A DNA stretch of 64,000 bases from Nitrospirota bacterium (GTDB lineage: Bacteria; Nitrospirota; UBA9217): NCBI GenBank assembly GCA_963754875.1, contig CAVWHO010000010.1, forward strand, positions 32,001 through 96,000, read 5' to 3'. The notes beneath the pieces were generated by a model. That model did not search any database and was not told the origin of the DNA. It saw only the letters and a program-made list of their open reading frames with translations. This document shows positions 1 through 9,612 of the stretch, one piece after another. The stretch's first letter is position 1. Each line of letters starts with the position of its first letter. Position numbers and translations under genes: made by a program.

Positions 1-39
1 GGCCTACCATGATTTAACCACAACTATGTTATTTACCTT

Positions 40-1980
40 ATGAGTGAAATACAACTCAGGCTGCCTGACGGTCAGGTCAAAAAGTATGCCTCTGGCATCA
101 CCGGTCAGGAAGTTGCCGAGAAAATCGGCTCTCGCCTCGCTAAAGACGCGCTTGCCATAAAATTAGACGGTCAACTTCAGGATCTGAATATTCCGGTAGA
201 ACACGATGCCGCGATTGAGATCGTGACCTTTGACGCCCCGAACGGCCGCGATGTGTACTGGCACAGTACCTCGCACCTCATGGCGCAGGCGGTCAAACAG
301 CTCTTTCCGCAGGCAAAGCTCGCCATCGGTCCGTCGATCGATGAAGGGTTCTACTACGACTTCGATCTCGATCGTCCTTTTACGCCCGAGGACCTCGAAA
401 AAATCGAAAAGAAGATGGCGGAGTTGGCCAAGGCTGCTGTGCCGATCAGAAGAAAAAGTCTTTCCAAGGCGGATGCCTTGTCGTTCTTTCAAAAACTGGG
501 CGAGACGTACAAAGTCGAGCTGATCAACGATCTGCCGGACGGCACGATGTCGATTTACGAACAGGGCGATTTCGCCGACCTCTGTCGCGGTCCCCATGTC
601 TCGTCGACGGCGAAGATCAAGGCTGTGAAGCTACTGTCAATTGCCGGCGCTTACTGGCGCGGCAGTGAGAAGAACAAGATGCTGCAGCGCATCTACGGCA
701 TCTCGTTCCCAGCAAAGGATGCGCTGGACGCCTATGTGACGCGGCTCGAAGAGATCAAACGACGCGACCATCGGAAGCTGGGCAAGGATCTGGACCTTTT
801 TTCCCTGTCCGACGAAGTGGGCGGCGGCTTGGTCCTGTGGCATCCCCGGGGTGCACTCGTCAGGAAGACCATCGAGGACTACTGGCGCGACGAGCATCAG
901 AAAAACGGCTATGATTTTGTATATTCTCCTCATGTTGGTAGGGCGACCCTGTGGGAAACGTCGGGCCATCTCGGTTTTTACCGGGAGAACATGTATTCGT
1001 CCATGGAAGTGGAAGGGCAGGAATTCTATGTAAAGCCCATGAACTGCCCGTTCCACATCATGATCTACAAGAATAAGCTTCGGTCCTACCGGGAGTTGCC
1101 GCTGCGGTACGCCGAACTCGGCACTGTGTACCGGTTCGAGCGTTCCGGCGTTTTGCACGGCCTGCTGCGCGTGCGTGGTTTTACGCAGGATGACGCTCAT
1201 ATCTTTGTGGCGCCGGAGGATATGGAAACAGAGGTCATCCGGGTCATCGGTTTTGTCGTAAAGATGCTCAGGACCTTCGGGTTCGAAGATTTTAAGGCCT
1301 ATATTGCGACGCGACCGGAAAAGTCCGTTGGTGATAACGCGGTGTGGGAGCAGGCAACACAGGCCCTCAAGGTTGCCGCCGAAAAGGTCAATCTCGGGTA
1401 TGAAATCGACGAAGGTGGCGGAGCATTCTACGGACCCAAGATCGACATCAAGATCAAGGACGCGCTTGGCAGGCTCTGGCAGTGCTCCACGGTCCAGTTC
1501 GACTTCAACATGTCGGAGAGATTCGACATGAGCTTTATCGGCGTGGACAACCAGCAGCATCGTCCCTACATGATCCACCGGGCGCTCTTGGGATCGATCG
1601 AGCGGTTCTTCGGTATGCTGATCGAACACTACGCGGGAGCATTCCCCGTCTGGCTTGCTCCGGTGCAGGCGAAGGTGATCTCGATTACCGACAAACAGTT
1701 TGATTTTGCAAAAGGCGTCCGGGACCAGCTGCTTGCAGCGGGGATCAGGGCGGAACTCGATACCCGTTCGGAGAAGATCGGGTTCAAGATTCGCGAAGCC
1801 GCGATGGAAAAGGTGCCCTACATCCTCGTCGTGGGGGACAAGGAAGTGCAGCAGGAAGCAGTTGCAGTACGCGAGCGGGGCGGTAAGGACCTCGGTGTCA
1901 TGAAACTTGCTGAGTTCATCGACGCTGTAAAAAAACTAATTCAAGATAAAAGTATTTCAACCGATTTGCTAAGGGGGTGA
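40..1980 (+). CDS. thrS: Threonine--tRNA ligase
   Basis: 646 aa; N-terminal TGS domain, HSTSHLMAQAV editing motif, KPMNCPFH, RVRGFTQDDAH, HRALLGSIERF. Confidence 0.99.
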   Translation: MSEIQLRLPDGQVKKYASGITGQEVAEKIGSRLAKDALAIKLDGQLQDLNIPVEHDAAIEIVTFDAPNGRDVYWHSTSHLMAQAVKQLFPQAKLAIGPSIDEGFYYDFDLDRPFTPEDLEKIEKKMAELAKAAVPIRRKSLSKADALSFFQKLGETYKVELINDLPDGTMSIYEQGDFADLCRGPHVSSTAKIKAVKLLSIAGAYWRGSEKNKMLQRIYGISFPAKDALDAYVTRLEEIKRRDHRKLGKDLDLFSLSDEVGGGLVLWHPRGALVRKTIEDYWRDEHQKNGYDFVYSPHVGRATLWETSGHLGFYRENMYSSMEVEGQEFYVKPMNCPFHIMIYKNKLRSYRELPLRYAELGTVYRFERSGVLHGLLRVRGFTQDDAHIFVAPEDMETEVIRVIGFVVKMLRTFGFEDFKAYIATRPEKSVGDNAVWEQATQALKVAAEKVNLGYEIDEGGGAFYGPKIDIKIKDALGRLWQCSTVQFDFNMSERFDMSFIGVDNQQHRPYMIHRALLGSIERFFGMLIEHYAGAFPVWLAPVQAKVISITDKQFDFAKGVRDQLLAAGIRAELDTRSEKIGFKIREAAMEKVPYILVVGDKEVQQEAVAVRERGGKDLGVMKLAEFIDAVKKLIQDKSISTDLLRG

Positions 1981-1986
1981 TCGTTC

Positions 1987-2508
1987 ATCGCTAAAATCAC
2001 GACAAGAATCAATTACATGATCAAGTTGAAAGAAGTCCGGGTCATTAATTCCGACGGAGAACAGCTCGGGGTCCTTGATACCCGGGATGCGATCAAAAGG
2101 GCGGAGGAACAGGGACTCGATCTGGTCGAAGTTGCACCGACGGCAAAACCGCCGGTCTGCCGGATCATGGACTTCGGCAAGTATAAATACGAGATGGCCA
2201 AAAAGGCCGCGGAATCCAGGAAACACCAGACCGTCATCGTTGTCAAGGAAATCAAACTGAGGCCACGCACGGACGAACATGATGTCAACTTCAAGTTGAA
2301 CAACATCAAGCGGTTCCTTGAGGAAGGCAATAAGGTAAAAGTGACGGTGATGTTCCGGGGCAGGGAAATGGCCCATATCGACCACGGCAGGAAGGTACTG
2401 GAACGCATTGTGAGCGAACTGCAGAATGATGCCGTCGTTGAGTCGTCACCGCGCCTGGAAGGCAGGAACATGACGCTGTTGCTTGGGGCAAAAGCTAAAA
2501 TGCCATAA
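1987..2508 (+). CDS. infC: Translation initiation factor IF-3 with non-canonical ATC start
   Basis: Frame is open upstream of ATG 2017 and gives IAKITTRINYMIKLKEVRVI (conserved RIN..I...EVR); ATC at 1987 lies 6 nt after SD-like GGGGGTGA; PPVCRIMDFGKYKYE and VMFRGRE motifs. Confidence 0.95.
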   Translation: MAKITTRINYMIKLKEVRVINSDGEQLGVLDTRDAIKRAEEQGLDLVEVAPTAKPPVCRIMDFGKYKYEMAKKAAESRKHQTVIVVKEIKLRPRTDEHDVNFKLNNIKRFLEEGNKVKVTVMFRGREMAHIDHGRKVLERIVSELQNDAVVESSPRLEGRNMTLLLGAKAKMP

Positions 2509-2624
2509 CAGCCGCAGGTGTTTCAAATGTATCTTGTTAACTCGATGATTCTGCGGAGTCAGGTTGTCTCCGCTGTCCATATAAGCAGGAGCATAAACTC
2601 AGGATTTTGGAAGGGGAATAAATT

Positions 2625-2834
2625 ATGGCAAAGATCAAATTGAAAACCAATCGGAGCGCTTCCAAGAGGCTCAAAGTGACCGGTACCGGCAAGATCTCGA
2701 GGCGCAAGGGCTGGAAGGGACATCTGTTGAACGGCAAGAATGCAACACGCAAGAGACGGCTGACCGGCGATTTCATCGTCGACAAGGACAATCTCAAGAA
2801 CATTAAGCGGATGCTCCCGTACGGGCTGAAGTAG
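2625..2834 (+). CDS. rpmI: 50S ribosomal protein L35
   Basis: KLKTNRSASKRLKVTGTGKI...HLL; position between infC and rplT. Confidence 0.97.
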   Translation: MAKIKLKTNRSASKRLKVTGTGKISRRKGWKGHLLNGKNATRKRRLTGDFIVDKDNLKNIKRMLPYGLK

Positions 2835-2942
2835 AGAACGCAGAAATTAATACGACTGGTGCATGATACCGGATCCACGATGCAGGATGGAAGCGAAGGC
2901 TTCATTTTGGATCATGCATCATGATTTGAGGAGGAAGAAGAA

Positions 2943-3296
2943 ATGCCGAGAGCTAAAGGCGGCCCCAAGACACGGGCCAGAAGAAAACGGGTGCTCAACC
3001 TGGCAGAAGGGTACTGGGGTGCAAAATCCAAACTGTTCCGCTCCGCTACCGAAGCCGTTGATCGCGCACTCAAGTATGCATACCGGGACCGGAAGGCCCG
3101 CAAGCGGGATTTCCGCAGACTCTGGATCGCACGCATCAACGCGGCTGCGCGTCTGAACGGTGTGACCTACAGCAGGTTCATGGCCGGACTCACCAAGAGC
3201 GGAGTTGCAATCGACCGGAAGATCCTTGCCGATCTGGCCGTGTCCGACCCTGCCGGATTCTCCAAGCTGGTTGAAACAGCCAAAACTGCATCGTAA
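2943..3296 (+). CDS. rplT: 50S ribosomal protein L20
   Basis: MPRAKGG...[33 protein letters not shown] upstream. Confidence 0.99.
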   Translation: MPRAKGGPKTRARRKRVLNLAEGYWGAKSKLFRSATEAVDRALKYAYRDRKARKRDFRRLWIARINAAARLNGVTYSRFMAGLTKSGVAIDRKILADLAVSDPAGFSKLVETAKTAS

Positions 3297-3380
3297 GAAC
3301 CCGATTGATAACGTGTTCCGGAGATGGTTGCCGGTTCCCGTTCGCGTTGTCCGTCTTCCGTAGTTGGGAAGGAATGTTTG

Positions 3381-3415
3381 AGGCCCCGGATTTTTTGACC
3401 GGGGCCTTTCTTTTT
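3381..3415 (+). terminator. Intrinsic terminator after rplT
   Basis: AGGCCCCGG-loop-CCGGGGCCT followed by TTCTTTTT. Confidence 0.8.
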
Positions 3416-3457
3416 ATATTGACATATAGAGCTAATTCGGTTAAAAAACGAACAGAA

Positions 3458-5284
3458 ATGATGAAATACGGCCGTTCATTTATCACGACGTTCATCACCT
3501 GCGCCATTTTTTTATCTATTCCGCATTCAGCGCTCCCGTCTTATAACTCCGAGGCCGGGCACAAGTATACTGTCGCCTCTCAACGTCTCGCCGATCTCAA
3601 AAAATCCAGCAGGAAAAAGAAATACCGTTCCTACTGGATCGATTGCATCCGCACGTTCGAACTGGTTGAAAAACAATATCCAAAAAGTCCCAACGCGGCC
3701 GATGCCTGTTTCGACCGGGCCGAAATCTACCAGGCGCTTTACCGCTATAACAAACGGACAAGGGACATCAACGAGTCGCTACGGCTTTATGATACCTGCC
3801 GTTCGACCTATCCCCGCCACGCCAGGGCGCCGGAGGCGTTGTATCGCATCGTGGAAATAGAACTCGACGTCAAGAAAGACCGGCCAGCTGCCGCAGAAGC
3901 CTACGCGAGACTTGCCAGGGAATACCATGGCAGCAACTGGACTGATAAGGCAAAGGCGAAGATCGGTCCGTCCGCCCGCTATCAGCGGAAGCGGGAGACG
4001 GAAATCAGGAAAATGCCGGTGCCGGTGATCTCCGCTTCCAAGGGCCGGCCCACCGGCGCCGTGAAGAGTATCCGTTTCTGGTCCGGTGGCGCATATACCC
4101 GGATCGTGATCGACCAGGATAGTGCTGTCAAATTTCAGGCGCAGGAACTGAAAAAGCCAGATCGCCTCGTGTTCGATCTGTTGAACACGAGTCTCGATAC
4201 AACGGTATATAAAGATCCGTTGCCGGTGAATGACGGCATTCTGAAACAGGTCCGTGCCAGCCAATACGCACCTGATATCGTACGCGTCGTTCTGGATCTT
4301 GCAAGCATTAAAAGTTATGTGGCTTTCCCCCTCCATGATCCGGAACGCCTCGTCATCGATGTTACCGGTGAGGGGGGAAGAGGCGAAGAAACTCGTGTGA
4401 CGAGCGTGGAAACGGACACCCCGCAGAAGATCGAAAATCTTGCCGAGCAAAAACAGGAATCGAAAGAACAGCCGAAGACGGAACCGGCTACAACGGTCCC
4501 GCTTTTGCCTAAGATCCCGGCGGCCCAAAATGGTAATGATCAGAAACTCTCTCTGTCCAGGCAGCTTGGACTGAAGATTAGGACGATTGCCATCGATGCG
4601 GGCCATGGGGGGCACGATCCGGGGGCCATCGGCAAGAACGGCTTGAAGGAAAAAACGGTCACCCTCGACGTAGCGAAACGGCTAGCTGCTCTCGTGAAGG
4701 AACGGCTCGGGTGTAACGTGATCATGACCCGCGATAGTGACGTTTTTATCCCGCTCGAAGAGAGGCCGTTTATCGCCAAGTCAAAAGGTGCCGACCTGTT
4801 CGTGTCCATCCATGTGAATGCCAACAGAAAACGGAAAGCACGAGGGATCGAAACATATGTTCAGAGTCTGCGGGCCTCAGACAGGGAAGCAATGGCAACG
4901 GCGGCGCGCGAAAACGCCATGTCTACCAAGAAGCTGAGCGAACTGAAATCGGAACTTGACCGCATCTTTGCAGACCTCACGCGGGACGATAAAATTGAGG
5001 AGTCGCTCTACCTGGCTGATTCAGTGCAAGGATCGCTCGTAAGCAATCTCAAATCCGTCAACCGCCATGCCGATGATCTCAAAGCCAGGATAAAGAGGGC
5101 GTTCTTCTATGTTTTGATCAATACGGAAATGCCGAGTATCCTGGCCGAGATCGGGTTCATCAGCAACCCGGATGAAGAGAAGCTGCTCAAACAGGATTCT
5201 TATCGGCAGGCGATAGCCGAAGCGCTGTATAGGGGCATCAAGAAATATGTAGAAGTACGGTCGCAGCAGATAGCAGGACTCTGA
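3458..5284 (+). CDS. N-acetylmuramoyl-L-alanine amidase (TPR-like N-terminus + AMIN + Amidase_3)
   Basis: Signal peptide after ATG 3458; YTRIVID/RLVFDL/RVVLDL AMIN strands; IDAGHGGHDPGA, EK, SIHVNA, ILAEIGF motifs. Confidence 0.9.
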   Translation: MMKYGRSFITTFITCAIFLSIPHSALPSYNSEAGHKYTVASQRLADLKKSSRKKKYRSYWIDCIRTFELVEKQYPKSPNAADACFDRAEIYQALYRYNKRTRDINESLRLYDTCRSTYPRHARAPEALYRIVEIELDVKKDRPAAAEAYARLAREYHGSNWTDKAKAKIGPSARYQRKRETEIRKMPVPVISASKGRPTGAVKSIRFWSGGAYTRIVIDQDSAVKFQAQELKKPDRLVFDLLNTSLDTTVYKDPLPVNDGILKQVRASQYAPDIVRVVLDLASIKSYVAFPLHDPERLVIDVTGEGGRGEETRVTSVETDTPQKIENLAEQKQESKEQPKTEPATTVPLLPKIPAAQNGNDQKLSLSRQLGLKIRTIAIDAGHGGHDPGAIGKNGLKEKTVTLDVAKRLAALVKERLGCNVIMTRDSDVFIPLEERPFIAKSKGADLFVSIHVNANRKRKARGIETYVQSLRASDREAMATAARENAMSTKKLSELKSELDRIFADLTRDDKIEESLYLADSVQGSLVSNLKSVNRHADDLKARIKRAFFYVLINTEMPSILAEIGFISNPDEEKLLKQDSYRQAIAEALYRGIKKYVEVRSQQIAGL

Positions 5285-5289
5285 TTCGA

Positions 5290-5392
5290 TTGCGGAATGT
5301 GGATATCGGAATGCGGAATGAACAACTCGAAACACGAAACTCGCTTACGTGCGACTCGAAATTTAAGACCTGAGACCGGAAACTCAAAACCA
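5290..5392. repeat. Heptamer tandem arrays between convergent amidase and prfB genes
   Basis: TTGCGGA ATGTGGA TATCGGA ATGCGGA, then CTCGAAA CACGAAA ... CTCGAAA TTTAAGA CCTGAGA CCGGAAA CTCAAAA. Confidence 0.65.
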
Positions 5393-5403
5393 TCGTTTCT
5401 TCC

Positions 5404-6532
5404 TCACTGCCCCCCTGACCCTTTGCCCCCTGACACGCTGCCTGCGATCAAATACGCTTCAATGAACTGGTCGAGGTCGCCGTCCATCACGGCGCTGACA
5501 TGGCCGACTTCCACTCCTGTGCGATGGTCCTTCACCATCTGGTAGGGTTGGAAGACGTAGGACCTGATTTGGCTGCCCCAGGCAATATCTTTTTTCTCAC
5601 TCACCAGCTTGCCGAGTTTTTCGTCGTGTTCTTTCTTCCGCAATTCATACAGTCGGGAACGGAGCACCTTCATGGCCACATTTTTGTTCTTGAGCTGGGA
5701 ACGTTCGTTCTGGCATTGAACAACGATGTTCGTCGGGAGGTGGGTAATGCGCACGGCCGAATCGGTCTTGTTCACGTGCTGGCCGCCGGCGCTCGATGAA
5801 CGGTAGGTGTCGATGCGCAATTCCTTGTCGTCGATCGAGATGTCGATGTTGTCCTCGACCTCGGGATAGACATAGACCGATGCAAAGGAGGTGTGCCTGC
5901 GCTTGTTCGCATCGAAAGGCGAGATGCGGACGAGACGGTGCACGCCTGCTTCGGCTTTCATCCTGCCGTAGGCATATTCCCCGGACACGGTAAAGGTAAC
6001 GGACTTGACCCCTGCTTCTTCGCCGTTCTGGTAATCCAGGATCTCGGTCTTGTAGCCCCGTTTCTCGGCCCAGCGAAGGTACATGCGCATGAGCATCTCG
6101 GCCCAGTCCTGGGCCTCGGTGCCGCCGGCCCCGGGATGGATCGATATGATTGCATTCGATGCATCCTGCTCGCCCGAGAGCATGGCCGCAACCTCGGCGG
6201 AAGCAATGTCTTTCTCGGTCACCGCGATCTCCTGCTCAAGCTCTGCGCGCATGGATTCGCCGCCTTCTTCTGATGCAAGTTCAGCCATGGCTTCGAAGTC
6301 GCTCAGCCGCTTGGCGAGCGTGTTCCAGTCTCTCAGAGAGCGTTCGATCGCTGATTTTTCTTTTAAGACGACGTTTGCCTTGTCGTTATTGTCCCAGAAA
6401 CCGCTTGTTTCCGTGAGGCGGGTAAGTTCTTCTAAACGGGATTCTTTGGCAGGGGTGTCAAAGATGCCTCCGCAGGGTCTCCAGCCTGCCTTTGACGTTG
6501 TCGAGCTGCTGTTTGAGGTCTTCTAAAAGCAT
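5404..6532 (-). CDS. prfB: Peptide chain release factor 2 with programmed +1 frameshift
   Basis: ATG 6532 encodes MLLEDLKQQLDNVKGRLETLRRHL, then CTT TGA C at 6463-6457 with internal SD GGAGG 3 nt upstream; downstream frame has SPF and GGQ motifs. Confidence 0.98.
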
Positions 6533-6615
6533 TTATGTCTCCCATTGTAGAAATCAACTGAAGCAGATTATACCATAGTGAAAAATAACAATCAAACAGA
6601 AACCGGAAAAACATT

Positions 6616-6644
6616 TTGACATTCCGCCGGTGCTGTGTTATAAA
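6616..6644 (+). promoter_or_regulatory. Sigma70-type promoter for the cobalamin uptake operon
   Basis: TTGACA-17 bp-TATAAA with extended -10 TG, just upstream of the riboswitch. Confidence 0.7.
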
Positions 6645-6662
6645 AACCCTACAATATAATTA

Positions 6663-6830
6663 ATAGCATCCAGGCTAAGGGAATCCCGTGAAATTCGGGA
6701 GTGGACCCGCCGCTGTAATCCCCGTCCTCGCTGAAAGCGAGGACGCATGCTTCTGTCTAACATATGCCACTGGCCCTGTCGGGCTGGGAAGGCAGGCAGA
6801 AGAGGGAGAGCCAGAAGACCTGCATGGATG
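6663..6830 (+). ncRNA. Cobalamin riboswitch 1
   Basis: AAGGGAA..GTGAAATTC..CCCGCCGCTGT..GCCACTG..GGGAAGG..B12 box GAGCCAGAAGACCTGC; upstream of btuF. Confidence 0.95.
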
Positions 6831-6882
6831 TTCTCGCACAGTCTTCGGCGCTAAGATAATGTGTGGGTTAATATTTTCTATT

Positions 6883-6918
6883 AATCCCCAGTCTTGCAAG
6901 AAGACTGGGGATTTTTTG
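6883..6918 (+). terminator. Riboswitch-controlled intrinsic terminator
   Basis: 13-bp stem AATCCCCAGTCTT/AAGACTGGGGATT plus T run, between aptamer and btuF. Confidence 0.85.
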
Positions 6919-7002
6919 TTGGGAGATAGGAACCAGAGGAGCTTCGCACTTGGGCCTTTGCTCACGGAAAAGGCGAGATAGGGTGTCAGTCTGTGTTAAT
7001 CT

Positions 7003-7884
7003 GTGTGTCACGACGAAGTCGGGACCCGTGGTTTTAAAATATTGAAAAAACTATTTATCATACTATCACTTGTCCTCGGTATATCTTATTCTCTCTCAGC
7101 CGCTGAAGCTGTATCGCCGCCCAAGCGTATTGTGTCGCTCGCGCCGAGCATGACCGAGATCCTCTTTGCGCTTGGGTTGGGGGACAACATCGTCGGCGTC
7201 ACGACGTTTTGCGATTATCCGGAAGAAGCGAGGAAAAAGCCGAAAATCGGCGGCATGTCCAATCCTTCTCTCGAAGCTGTGCTCTCGCTCAAACCGGACA
7301 TCGTGGTTCTGACAACGGACGGAAACCCGAAGGAATTCGAGGAGAGGCTCATCTCGCTGAAGATTAAAACGTATGTCTTTGAGGCCCGGACCATCAGCGG
7401 ACTTCCGCAAGGCATTCGGAACCTGGCAGAAGCGTTAGGGGCCAAAGCGCGCGGGGAGCAGCTTGCGAAGTCAATTGAAGACGGGGTCCGAAAGGCGTCC
7501 CGGTCGACCTCCCGCGTCACTGATCGTGCATCGGGCAAAAAAGTCTTATTCATCGTCTGGCCCGAACCCCTTATCGTAGCTGGCCCCGGCACTGCCATTG
7601 ACGACGCCATAAAGCTTTTGGGATACGGCAACATTGCATCACAGGCAGCGACAGCCTATCCGAAATATTCGATCGAAGAGGTCATGCGTCAGGCGCCGGA
7701 TATTATCGTCATCGGGAAGGGATCGGGTATGGACATGGTTGCCGTGTCAAAAGGCATCTTGAGGAGACTGGCGACGGTGCCCGCCGTGAAGAACGACAGA
7801 GTCTGTTATGTGGGGGACGGTTTGTACCGCCTGGGGCCCCGCGTTGTCCAGGGCATCGAGGAGCTTTCCGCATGTCTCAAGTAA
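7003..7884 (+). CDS. btuF: Cobalamin ABC transporter periplasmic binding protein (start possibly TTG 7042)
   Basis: RIVSLAPSMTEILFALG, VGVTTFCDYP, LYRLGPR; signal peptide; under B12 riboswitch. Confidence 0.9.
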   Translation: MCHDEVGTRGFKILKKLFIILSLVLGISYSLSAAEAVSPPKRIVSLAPSMTEILFALGLGDNIVGVTTFCDYPEEARKKPKIGGMSNPSLEAVLSLKPDIVVLTTDGNPKEFEERLISLKIKTYVFEARTISGLPQGIRNLAEALGAKARGEQLAKSIEDGVRKASRSTSRVTDRASGKKVLFIVWPEPLIVAGPGTAIDDAIKLLGYGNIASQAATAYPKYSIEEVMRQAPDIIVIGKGSGMDMVAVSKGILRRLATVPAVKNDRVCYVGDGLYRLGPRVVQGIEELSACLK

Positions 7885-8837
7885 GAATAGGAATCTTGCT
7901 GGTTGTTGCTCTGTTCATCGTATCGTGCTCGGTCTTTTTCGGACCGAGGATCATCATGCCGGTTCATCTGAGCGAGACGGACCGGGAGATATTGCTTTTC
8001 ATCCGCATGCCGCGAGTGTTCGTTGCTTTCCTCATGGGCATGGCGCTTGGCGCCTCTGGAGCGCTTTTGCAGGGGATACTCCGGAATCCGCTGGCCGATC
8101 CTTACATCCTGGGCATATCCAGCGGAGCATCACTTACGGCGGCGCTGGGCATTATCGGCGGCTTCTCTTTTCTCGGATCGTTCACCATACCGGTGCTTGC
8201 TTTTGCGGGCGCTGTAGTCACCGGCGGCATTGTAGGGGTGATGGGATGGAAGCGGGGCGGTCTCTGGCCGGAACGGCTGCTCCTTGCGGGAGTGGGCCTG
8301 AGCTTTCTCTTTTCAGCGCTTTTGATGCTTATGATGAGCATCTCGACCGATGAAGGCCTCAGGCGCGCCATGCTCTGGATCTTCGGCGATTTGTCCATGT
8401 CCGAATGGTCCCGCATTCCCTATGGTCTTGCCTTTGTCGCTGCAGGCATCCTGTTGTCGATAACCAGGGCAAAGGCGCTGAATGCCCTGATCCTCGGAGA
8501 CGATTTTGCCCACAGCCTCGGGTTTTCTCCCCAGCGGGAGCGGATGATCCTCTTTGTAGCGGTCGGGTTGATGACTGCGGCATCGGTATCGCTCGGCGGC
8601 ATGATCGGCTTTATTGGCCTCCTTGTCCCGCATATCATGCGGTTCTTTCTCGGGGCGGACAGCAGGCTCCTCATTCCGGCTTCAGCGATCGGCGGCGGTT
8701 CGCTTCTCTGTATGGCGGACCTGATCAGCCGGTCTTTGCTTCCGCCGATGGAACTTCCTGCGGGAGTAGTGACGGCCATCATCGGTGCGCCTTATTTTCT
8801 GTATTTGCTCAGGAGGAAAGATGTCCTCAGCATCTAA
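7872..8837 (+). CDS. btuC: BtuC/FecCD-family ABC permease
   Basis: IRMPR, LQGILRNPLADPYILGISSGA, GMIGFIGLLVPH, ELPAGVVTAIIGAPYF. Confidence 0.9.
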   Translation: MSQVRIGILLVVALFIVSCSVFFGPRIIMPVHLSETDREILLFIRMPRVFVAFLMGMALGASGALLQGILRNPLADPYILGISSGASLTAALGIIGGFSFLGSFTIPVLAFAGAVVTGGIVGVMGWKRGGLWPERLLLAGVGLSFLFSALLMLMMSISTDEGLRRAMLWIFGDLSMSEWSRIPYGLAFVAAGILLSITRAKALNALILGDDFAHSLGFSPQRERMILFVAVGLMTAASVSLGGMIGFIGLLVPHIMRFFLGADSRLLIPASAIGGGSLLCMADLISRSLLPPMELPAGVVTAIIGAPYFLYLLRRKDVLSI

Positions 8838-9600
8838 AAAACCGAGGATCCTCGAACTCGGTAACGTCTGCTATTCCTACGACCGCAACCGGCCGTTCAT
8901 CCATGACCTGTCGTTCTCGATCGGGGCAGGTGATTTTATCGGGTTGCTCGGGGCGAACGGTTCCGGCAAGTCGACGATCATGAAACTTGCGAGCGGAATT
9001 CTGAAGCCATCGTCAGGCAGCATCATGCTCTGGGGCAAGGCTCTTTCGGTAGTGAACAACCGGGACCGCGCCAAGCTGATCAGCTATCTCCCCCAAACGC
9101 TCGATATCAGCGTTCCCTTCGCAGTCAAGGAACTGGTCGGCATGGGGCTCTATCCCTACGACATCCCTCCGGCGATGACTGTCGACGAGGCGCTGGATAT
9201 GGTCGGCTTAACGGAAAAGGCGGACGCCCATCTTACCGACCTCTCCGGCGGCGAGAGGAGAAGGACCTTTATCGCTATGACGCTGTTACAGGGAGCTGGG
9301 CTGCTGCTCCTGGACGAACCGCTCGCCAACCTCGACATAAAATACCAGATCGAACTGGTCAGGCTCCTCAAGAAACTGCGCGAAGTAAAAAATATTTCCG
9401 TGGTGATGGCCCTTCACGACATCAACATTGCTCTCCAGTTCGAGAAGGTGATTCTGATCAAGGACGGCAACATCATCGGATCGGGCAGGCCGGACGAAGT
9501 CCTGTCGCAAAGCATGCTGAAACAGGCCTTTGACGTAGATATCGAGGTAAAAAAAACAGGGAGCGATGGTATTGATTTCAGCTTTGAGAATAATTTTTAG
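8821..9600 (+). CDS. btuD: ABC transporter ATP-binding protein (BtuD/FepC-like)
   Basis: Walker A GANGSGKS, LSGGE signature, LLLDEP, H-loop LHD. Confidence 0.88.
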   Translation: MSSASKKPRILELGNVCYSYDRNRPFIHDLSFSIGAGDFIGLLGANGSGKSTIMKLASGILKPSSGSIMLWGKALSVVNNRDRAKLISYLPQTLDISVPFAVKELVGMGLYPYDIPPAMTVDEALDMVGLTEKADAHLTDLSGGERRRTFIAMTLLQGAGLLLLDEPLANLDIKYQIELVRLLKKLREVKNISVVMALHDINIALQFEKVILIKDGNIIGSGRPDEVLSQSMLKQAFDVDIEVKKTGSDGIDFSFENNF

Positions 9601-9612
9601 GAGGAATGGGTA

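Noticed and set aside
3305..3457. N-terminal 51 aa of the listed amidase ORF
   Set aside because: Runs through the rplT terminator; the signal peptide begins at ATG 3458
6688..6981. 97-aa + strand ORF and the opposite 96-aa ORF
   Set aside because: Both overlap the cobalamin riboswitch and its terminator; no protein features
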